NCBI GenBank assembly: GCA_018062445.1
Contig: JAGOSG010000002.1
Coordinates: forward strand, 1-58,673
Direction: 5' to 3'
Length of the DNA stretch: 58,673 bases
Source: Minisyncoccota bacterium
GTDB lineage: Bacteria; Patescibacteriota; Minisyncoccia; Phycocordibacterales; Phycocordibacteraceae
Shown one piece after another: positions 46,909 to 53,431 of this stretch. The notes under the pieces were generated by a model. The model was not told the origin of the DNA. It saw only the letters and a list, made by a program, of their open reading frames with translations, and made no database searches. Made by a program: the position numbers and the translations under genes. Each line of letters opens with the position of its first letter. Position 1 is the first letter of the stretch.

Positions 46909-48483
46909 GTGATTGAAGTTGCTATCTTTTTTGCAAATGCGGCGATTCTTGCACTTGAAATAGTTGGCGGCAGATCTCTTACTCCTTACTTTGGTTCTTC
47001 CGCAGAAGTGTGGGCTGGCATTCTTGCTGTCGTTCTTGCTGGCCTTGCAATAGGATATCGGGCTGGTGGAATATTTGCTGATCGTGCAAAAAACGAACAA
47101 CGCCTCCGCACACTACTAGCAATAACACTTGGAGGTGCGGGTATAGCAATTGCCACAACGTGGATGGTAGCTGATGCATTTGCAATTGTTGGCACAGCAC
47201 TAGCACAAAGCGCAGGTCTTACTGTAGGTGCTGCGATGGTTGCACTCTTCCTTTTATTCCCAGCAAGTATCCTTCTTGCGGCCGTCTCCCCCATCGCAGC
47301 AAAAATTCGTATCCGTTCTCTTGCAGACTCTGCCAGTGTCGTCGGGCGTTTGTCCGCCATCGCAGCAATTGGAAGTGTCGCTGGATCACTCATCACTGGC
47401 ATTGTGCTCATTCCAAATGTGGGCTCAAAAGAATCAATCATTGGTATTGGAATTAGCCTCATCGTTCTTGCAATTCCTTTTAGTACTAAAGGAAAGAGAG
47501 TGACTATGTCCACTCTCTTTGTTTTCTTTATAGGTGCATTAATAAGTACGCACCTCGTCTTCGCTTCAAGTGCCGCAGGAGCAGTAGTAGGAACACTCGT
47601 TGCCGATATCGACACTCGCTACAATCGTATGTGGATTATTGATGCACCACACAGAGATGGCGAAACATATCTCCGCTTAGTGCGTACAGATCCAAATAGC
47701 ACACAATGCGGAGCACTCATGAGAGGCAACGCCCCAACGGACGCAGATGAAACGCCCATTTTCCAGTACACAAAAGCATTTGATGCTGTGTTTCGTGTAA
47801 TACCAGAACCAGAACACATACTCATCATTGGTGGATGTAACTATTCATATCCCCGACACACAGCGCGTATCGCACCAAAAGCCACCATTGATGTTGTTGA
47901 GCTCGACCCAGGGATGACGGCAATGGCAGAGCGTTGGTTTGGTTTTGTTCGTCCACCTACCATGAACATCTTTCATGCGGATGGACGCACATTTCTGAAT
48001 GAGGCGGGCGATGGGGAAAAACCATACGACATTGTTTTCATAGATGCCTATAATTCAATCCTCTCAATTCCCTATCAGCTCATGACACAAGAAGCATTTG
48101 AGAAATTACGTAATTCACTTGCTCCAGGGGGTATCGTAGTCTTCAATATTATTGGCACATTTGAGGGCAAGGGCAGTCCATACCTTGGAAGTGTACTCTC
48201 AACCTTGCGTACAAGCTTCACACATGTGGAAGTCTTCCGCATCAAAGATGTATCGCTTAATGCTACACAAAACATTATCGTTATGGCGAGTGCCGATGAG
48301 ATAGGTCGCGAATCACTACTGCGCGCAATCGGAGAAAGTGGAACACTAACTCTCACTGAATACCCTGTGACGCTGAAGCGAATACCCAATGAGAAAATTA
48401 ATTCGAGCGGAGCACTTGTTCTCACTGATAACTACGCTCCAGTTGAAGCACTGACAAAACCACTTCGAGAACGACGCTACTAA
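46909..48483 (+). CDS. Fused membrane/spermidine-synthase-like methyltransferase
   Basis: N-terminal TM block (LALEIVGGRSLTPYFGSS), VDVVELDP, FHADGRTFL, YDIVFIDAY, VLTDNYAP; GTG start. Confidence 0.85.
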   Translation: MIEVAIFFANAAILALEIVGGRSLTPYFGSSAEVWAGILAVVLAGLAIGYRAGGIFADRAKNEQRLRTLLAITLGGAGIAIATTWMVADAFAIVGTALAQSAGLTVGAAMVALFLLFPASILLAAVSPIAAKIRIRSLADSASVVGRLSAIAAIGSVAGSLITGIVLIPNVGSKESIIGIGISLIVLAIPFSTKGKRVTMSTLFVFFIGALISTHLVFASSAAGAVVGTLVADIDTRYNRMWIIDAPHRDGETYLRLVRTDPNSTQCGALMRGNAPTDADETPIFQYTKAFDAVFRVIPEPEHILIIGGCNYSYPRHTARIAPKATIDVVELDPGMTAMAERWFGFVRPPTMNIFHADGRTFLNEAGDGEKPYDIVFIDAYNSILSIPYQLMTQEAFEKLRNSLAPGGIVVFNIIGTFEGKGSPYLGSVLSTLRTSFTHVEVFRIKDVSLNATQNIIVMASADEIGRESLLRAIGESGTLTLTEYPVTLKRIPNEKINSSGALVLTDNYAPVEALTKPLRERRY

Positions 48484-48504
48484 AATCAGCGGGAGTTCAA
48501 CTAT

Positions 48505-49500
48505 TTAACGACCCGCAATAAAGGTCGCATCAAATGCCCACGCCGTTGCACGGTCAATCTCTTCTTGGGTGAGTATATTTTCTTTAAGCAAATATGCTTC
48601 TTCATCGGCTAAGTTGGACTGATACATTTCTGGTCCATCAGTATTGATGGTGAACTTCACACCACTATCCACAAAAGCGCGGAGCGTAGAACGCAATTCA
48701 TCAACACTCTTAATGATGCTATTTTTCAAGTTTGATGTTGGGCAAATTTCAAGCGTTATTCCAGCATCTCGCACCAACTCAAGAAGCGATGGGTCTTGTG
48801 CCGCGAGTATGCCGTGTCCGATTCTATTTGGTTTGATTGTAGTTACTACATAGCGCATTTCATCAACTGAACCTTCTTCTCCCGTATGAATGGTGACACC
48901 AAGTCCTCTGTCGCGCGCACGAGCAAATAAAGGGGCGTGTGCCTCCATAGAAAAATCCTTTACATGCGGACCTGCAATATCGATACCGACAACGCCGTCC
49001 TTAGCATAGCGAATTGCTTTGTCTAAAATAATCTCATTCTGTTCAATTGAAAACCGGCGATCCATGGAAAGAAGAATGCCTGCTTTAACTTGAGGATACT
49101 CCAGAAGTGCGCGGTCCATACCTCGGAGACTCGCACTAATAATGTGATCGAGATCTCGCTCACCAGAGCGATTGCGACGCATAGGATTAAAACGAAGCTC
49201 CTGCAATACAATGTTGCATTTTCTATATCCCCCACCAATGACTGAGTGTACTGACACCTCAAGAGCTTCTGGCGATGATTGGATGCGCTCTGTCCACTCA
49301 AAATATTTACGATCCATTTCTTCGAGCGAGGTATTTCGCTCGTCCGCAGACATAGTAATCATTTCTTCAAAATCCCAATAGTCTTTAGAGGGGAGTTTGA
49401 TGCCTTGCTGGTGAGCAATCGTCCACATGATGACGGGGTCCACGGATGAGCCGAGGTGTGAATGGAGTTCTGCCCGTTTTTTCGTCATGTGATGCACCAT
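48505..49500 (-). CDS. Adenosine/adenine deaminase family amidohydrolase
   Basis: ELHSHLG, GIDIAG, TIHTGE, RIGHG, EICPTSN, INTDGP. Confidence 0.88.
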   Translation of the reverse strand: MVHHMTKKRAELHSHLGSSVDPVIMWTIAHQQGIKLPSKDYWDFEEMITMSADERNTSLEEMDRKYFEWTERIQSSPEALEVSVHSVIGGGYRKCNIVLQELRFNPMRRNRSGERDLDHIISASLRGMDRALLEYPQVKAGILLSMDRRFSIEQNEIILDKAIRYAKDGVVGIDIAGPHVKDFSMEAHAPLFARARDRGLGVTIHTGEEGSVDEMRYVVTTIKPNRIGHGILAAQDPSLLELVRDAGITLEICPTSNLKNSIIKSVDELRSTLRAFVDSGVKFTINTDGPEMYQSNLADEEAYLLKENILTQEEIDRATAWAFDATFIAGR

Positions 49501-49562
49501 ATACTGTCTACAAAAAATACTCCTTAATGTATTTTCATACTATCACGGAGCATCTAAAATTC

Positions 49563-49706
49563 TGGAGCCGATGATCGGAATTGGCGTCAAGTCACTAAGC
49601 TCGAGGACTTACTAAGTGCTTCCTGCCCGACCTCGCCTGCCGTATACGGCATGGCTCTGGTTTTCAATTCCGAACATACGCAAAGCAGTTTGCGTATTCC
49701 ATTCGC
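49563..49706 (-). other. tRNA-trailer structured element at tRNA-Thr(GGT)
   Basis: Antisense T-arm copy split by a 22-nt hairpin, conserved core, then a 21-bp direct repeat of the tRNA 3' end at 49563-49583. Confidence 0.75.
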
Positions 49707-49782
49707 TGGAGCCGATGATCGGAATTGAACCGATGACCCCCACCTTACCATGGTGGTGCTCTACCAACTGAGCTACATCGGC
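49707..49782 (-). tRNA. tRNA-Thr(GGT)
   Basis: GCCGATG...CATCGGC-T-CCA, anticodon arm CCACC-ATGGTAA-GGTGG. Confidence 0.95.
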
Positions 49783-49853
49783 GGGTGCGAATATAGTATC
49801 CGAAAAACTGACTATTGCCAAAGTAAATGTACTTTTTGAACTGCTAGAATACA

Positions 49854-50402
49854 TTGGTGCTTAAGCATTACCCTCGCTTCACTACTATTGCCCTCTCGTA
49901 TGTTGCAGCGGGATTACTTTTTATATTTCTTGGTCCTGAATTTTTTCAAACACTCATACTGCCATTTGGCATCTTTGGGGTCATCGTCGCTGGAGCTCTG
50001 TACACCTACAGCTTCACCACAGCTATCGGAGCTCTGCTTTTAATCGCGCTTGTTCCGTATCACCCAATAGGAGTGCTAGCCGTCGTGGGCGGCATTGGAG
50101 CCACGCTTGCCGATTTCACTATTTTTAAATTCGTCCGTGATGATTTAAAGAAAGAAGTGCGACGATTTGGTGCTTCAAAGATGATACAAAATGTATGTTC
50201 AGCCAATGGAATTCTATGTAAAAAGTGGATGCGTAATCTGATGGGAGTCATGATTATGGCTTCACCATTTCCTGATGAACTCGGCATTGCAATGATGAGT
50301 ACCACAAAGATGAAGCGCGAAACATTTCTACTCCTTGCATTTATTGTAGATATAATTGGTATCTATCTTTTGGTATTCACTGCGAGCGCACTGTTGCCGT
50401 AG
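49854..50402 (+). CDS. Hypothetical membrane protein (DedA/VTT-like, tentative)
   Basis: Five to six TM segments, GGIGATLAD, SPFPDELG motif. Confidence 0.65.
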   Translation: MVLKHYPRFTTIALSYVAAGLLFIFLGPEFFQTLILPFGIFGVIVAGALYTYSFTTAIGALLLIALVPYHPIGVLAVVGGIGATLADFTIFKFVRDDLKKEVRRFGASKMIQNVCSANGILCKKWMRNLMGVMIMASPFPDELGIAMMSTTKMKRETFLLLAFIVDIIGIYLLVFTASALLP

Positions 50403-50426
50403 CAAGCAAAAAACATCATTCCGCTT

Positions 50427-50476
50427 GTCAGCACCCAACGCAGGCAAAGCAGTTTGCCTGCTTCAGCCGCTTGCCA
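50427..50476 (-). other. tRNA-trailer element (antisense module only) at tRNA-Asp
   Basis: gtcagcaccca + ac + 22-nt hairpin + t + tcagccgc..gcca is the tRNA-Asp 3' end, inverted and split. Confidence 0.75.
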
Positions 50477-50477
50477 T

Positions 50478-50514
50478 AAGAAAAAACGAATATCTATGAT
50501 ATTCGTTTTTTCTT
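50478..50514 (-). terminator. Terminator-like hairpin directly 3' of tRNA-Asp
   Basis: aagaaaaaacgaatatc-tat-gatattcgttttttctt. Confidence 0.75.
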
Positions 50515-50589
50515 TGGCGCGGCTGATGGGTGCTGACCCCACGACCTCCCGCGTGACAGGCGGGTGCTCTACCGTTGAGCTACAGCCGC
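50515..50589 (-). tRNA. tRNA-Asp(GTC)
   Basis: GCGGCTG...CAGCCGC-G-CCA, anticodon arm CCCGC-CTGTCAC-GCGGG; atypical T-loop GTCAGCA. Confidence 0.92.
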
Positions 50590-50783
50590 AAATGAGGGAG
50601 AGAGTGAAAGTTTATTTTCACTCTTCCCGAATGCCGCGGCTGAAAGCTTTGCTTACAGCCCGCAAACCCATCGGAAGATGCTCCTGATTCAATACGACCT
50701 CAAACTTGCCTCGAGATCGTGTATTTGCGATTCTACCAGAAAAAGCCTTTAAAAACGAGTGCGGGGAGAACCTAGCATCAGCA

Positions 50784-50949
50784 TCGGGAGGACTAGGCCA
50801 CGAGTAATCTTGCGCCGTCGCTTAAGATTCTCTCGGCCCCCGCTCACGGTCCAGCGAGGCGCTGGACATCGTTCCGCGCTGCAAGTCCTCACGCATTGTG
50901 CATTTGCACAATGCTCTCCCGACACAATATGTCGCTTCGCTTTATATTG
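50784..50949 (-). other. tRNA-trailer structured element at tRNA-Met/Ile2(CAT)
   Basis: tgcaagtcctc + ac + 22-nt hairpin + t + ctcccgacacaa; core ctctcggcccccgctcac..gacatcgttccg; partial sense copy tcgggaggact. Confidence 0.75.
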
Positions 50950-51023
50950 TGTCGGGAGGAGGACTTGCACCTCCGACCTAGGGCTTATGAGTCCCTCGCT
51001 CTAACTACCTGAGCTATCCCGAC
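50950..51023 (-). tRNA. tRNA with CAT anticodon (elongator Met or Ile2)
   Basis: GTCGGGA...TCCCGAC-A, loop CTCATAA, T-loop TGCAAGT; CCA not encoded; Met vs Ile2 not resolvable by eye. Confidence 0.88.
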
Positions 51024-51045
51024 AATGAGACTAATCTATCATTAT

Positions 51046-51726
51046 TTAGGTCTTCTTCAAAAGCGTTTCCGCTACAGCCACATCTTCCGGGTAGGTTACG
51101 GTAATCCATTGATTTTGGCGAACAACGGCCACGGGCTTTTCTTTCGCAATCACTGAGAGCATATCGGTCAAGAAATATTCGCCAAGTCGTGGGTGAGCAA
51201 ACGGAGTGATTAAAAACATATCAGGAGAAAGTATCATTGCGCCAGAATTTACCAGATTACCAACAGGGTTTTCTGGTTTCTCAACAACCTCTTTAAGTGT
51301 GCCATCGGGATTTAACTCAACAACACCGTAGCGTTCAGGATGTTCTTTCTCTGCTACAAAAAGACAGTATTCATACTCAACTCCTTTTGTGAAAGCCTGC
51401 TTGTCACCAATATCATCACCATAGAGCATGATGAATTTTTCAGTTATAAGCTCTTTCGCTAAATATACTGCGTCCCAAGTTCCAATTTGTTTTTCTTGAA
51501 CAATGTAATGAACGGACTTCCCTTTCCATTCAGTACCAAAGTACTCTTGTATTTTTTCTCCTTTGTACCCGATGATAATCACAATGTCAGTCACCACATC
51601 AGGGAGTTGCTCCAATACATATTCTAGAAGTGGCTTCCCATTAAGAAGCACCATGCCTTTGGGCTTTTCGTCCGTGAGTGGACGAAGTCGTTGCCCTTCT
51701 CCGCCTGCGAGTATTAAAGCTTGCAT
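51046..51726 (-). CDS. Sugar-phosphate nucleotidyltransferase (NTP_transferase)
   Basis: ALILAGGEGQRLRPLTDEKPKGMV, YGDD, YGVVEL, EVVEKP. Confidence 0.88.
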   Translation of the reverse strand: MQALILAGGEGQRLRPLTDEKPKGMVLLNGKPLLEYVLEQLPDVVTDIVIIIGYKGEKIQEYFGTEWKGKSVHYIVQEKQIGTWDAVYLAKELITEKFIMLYGDDIGDKQAFTKGVEYEYCLFVAEKEHPERYGVVELNPDGTLKEVVEKPENPVGNLVNSGAMILSPDMFLITPFAHPRLGEYFLTDMLSVIAKEKPVAVVRQNQWITVTYPEDVAVAETLLKKT

Positions 51727-51785
51727 GAATCAAATAGTACCGACAAATACAAGAAAAGGAAACGTGTCAGGCAAACTTAAAAATC

Positions 51786-52118
51786 CTAATCCTCCCTGTC
51801 TTCAATATCCTCAATATACTTTCTTACCGGTTCCGCTACTGTATCTTCATTAATGTCTCTTGTAATACAGAAATCTGTTTTAAACCAATCCCTTATTTTT
51901 TTATTTCCTCTACTTGAATTACAGCTCCAGCAGCAAATCGTAACGGTTGCCGGGTTATTCCAGGGTGGCAAATAATTCAAGTGTTCGATTGTGTACCAAT
52001 TGGAGCGTTTATTATGTGCGCCGTGATCTGTCATTTTCTTGTGACAGTAGACACATATTTTATCTCTTTTAAAAATACGTTGAAGCTCATCTTTAGGGAG
52101 CCCATAGTTGTTTTTCAT
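51786..52118 (-). CDS. Stand-alone HNH endonuclease
   Basis: RDKICVYC ... TIEHL ... CCWSCNSSRGNK. Confidence 0.75.
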   Translation of the reverse strand: MKNNYGLPKDELQRIFKRDKICVYCHKKMTDHGAHNKRSNWYTIEHLNYLPPWNNPATVTICCWSCNSSRGNKKIRDWFKTDFCITRDINEDTVAEPVRKYIEDIEDRED

Positions 52119-52166
52119 AGTTTGATTTATGCATGACAGTCACCTGATTGGCATATGACTGCTACT

Positions 52167-52471
52167 GGGGCCAGGATTTGGTCACGAGTCAGTAAGTATT
52201 TTACCTCCACAAGTTCGAAAAATACTAACTGCTCTCGACCCCACCTCACCTGTCGCAGAGCGACATGGTTCCGGTTTTCGAATCCTGACGCAAGACGAGC
52301 AGTCGTCGATGTCCGGATTCTCTCCTTACAGGAGCTGTACACCTTTGCAATTTTCTCGAAGCAAAACTTCTCAAAAATATAGCAAAGGACTTCGAATCCT
52401 GGACATGAAGCGTGCAGACGCTTCATTCCCCGCAACGCAAAACACCGAGCGGATGCTCGGTGTTTATCTTG
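52167..52471 (-). other. Composite tRNA-trailer structured element at initiator tRNA-Met
   Basis: Hairpin 52439-52465; antisense 3' end split by a 22-nt hairpin (52391-52436); second antisense T-arm (52278-52287); core 52180-52277; direct copy ggggccaggatt 52167-52178. Confidence 0.75.
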
Positions 52472-52542
52472 TTGCGGGGCCAGGATTCGAACCTGGGTCT
52501 GGAGGTTATGAGCCTCCTGAGGTACCACTCCTCCACCCCGCT
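52472..52542 (-). tRNA. tRNA-Met(CAT), probably initiator
   Basis: A1:A72 mismatch, GCGGGG/CCCCGC stem, anticodon arm GGAGG-CTCATAA-CCTCC; CCA not encoded. Confidence 0.9.
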
Positions 52543-52550
52543 ATATTAAT

Positions 52551-52585
52551 TAGCTTTTAGCTTTTAAGTTCCAGCTGTCAGCTTT
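52551..52585. repeat. Heptamer tract (YAGCTNN) upstream of tRNA-iMet
   Basis: tagcttt tagcttt taagttc cagctgt cagcttt. Confidence 0.75.
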
Positions 52586-52660
52586 AAAGACAATAACTCA
52601 TTCCAACATCGATTTCAAGCCACGCCTTCATTCTGCATGTTTCTGCATTGACGCTTTGCG

Positions 52661-53431
52661 TCAAATAAAACCAAACTCCTGAAACACTTGCTCGTAAAGT
52701 TTCATCACACGAAATGCTTCTTGTTGCGTGAGAATATAATTTGAAGAAGACGCACTCACAAAGTTTCGAATACGGTGCGCTTCCCATGCAAAAGGAAGTG
52801 TCACAAAAGCATTTTCAGGTACCAACAAAATTTGATCTGAAGTTGTTTTTCCAATGTATCCAACACTGGCAAGAACTTCTCCTAGAATTATGTCGGCTTC
52901 CAAAATCCCCTGTCGCCAAAGCTTTGGATCGTTAGAGCGAGTGCCGTTCAAAAGTAATTGCCATCGGTCTCGAAGTGGGTGCACATTAACTGATTGCGGT
53001 GGCAGTGAACCATAGAGAGCTCCTTCACTGAAGCGAATAGAAAAAAGATACACAAGAAGACCTACGATGGCGAGAAATAGAAGCCCTGAAACGGTGTATG
53101 CCAAAAAACTATATATAGACCAAAGGAAAGATATAAGTGTTCCAATGAGGTTACCAAAAAAGAAAACGGTATCGAGCATAGGGCCAAACAAGCCACCATG
53201 CACTACTGGCGCCGATGTGGATACAACATCAGTTGAAGCACTTCCACCAAAAAGCCAACTCCAAAAATCAACCTTCCCTGATTGAGCACCAACATTTGCG
53301 CCTGCACTCAGCGTTGCCTCTACACTGCCATTAATTGAATCTACTTCTGTACATTTCCCACCAAAAATTGAATAAATAACACAGTACCAGTATTGAATAT
53401 TTACATACGAAAGATACACGGGGTCGGTCAT
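52661..53431 (-). CDS. Hypothetical membrane protein
   Basis: ATGA overlap with the gatA stop; TM segments then RWQ...LWRQGILEAD...AWEAHRIRN helical domain. Confidence 0.75.
   Translation of the reverse strand: MTDPVYLSYVNIQYWYCVIYSIFGGKCTEVDSINGSVEATLSAGANVGAQSGKVDFWSWLFGGSASTDVVSTSAPVVHGGLFGPMLDTVFFFGNLIGTLISFLWSIYSFLAYTVSGLLFLAIVGLLVYLFSIRFSEGALYGSLPPQSVNVHPLRDRWQLLLNGTRSNDPKLWRQGILEADIILGEVLASVGYIGKTTSDQILLVPENAFVTLPFAWEAHRIRNFVSASSSNYILTQQEAFRVMKLYEQVFQEFGFI

Noticed and set aside
46986-47615. 209-aa antisense ORF and other long antisense or alternate-frame ORFs (e.g. 8949-9437, 55987-56529, 57640-58176)
   Set aside because: They lie fully opposite well-supported genes and have no recognisable motifs.
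49612-49854. 80-aa ORF, and likewise 50454-50687, 50749-50970 and 50759-51004
   Set aside because: They run through tRNA genes and trailer elements, so they are shadow ORFs.
52127-52528. 133-aa ORF and neighbours (52155-52382, 52309-52560)
   Set aside because: They overlap tRNA-iMet and the structured trailer element. GC-rich hairpin sequence lacks stops, and there are no protein motifs.
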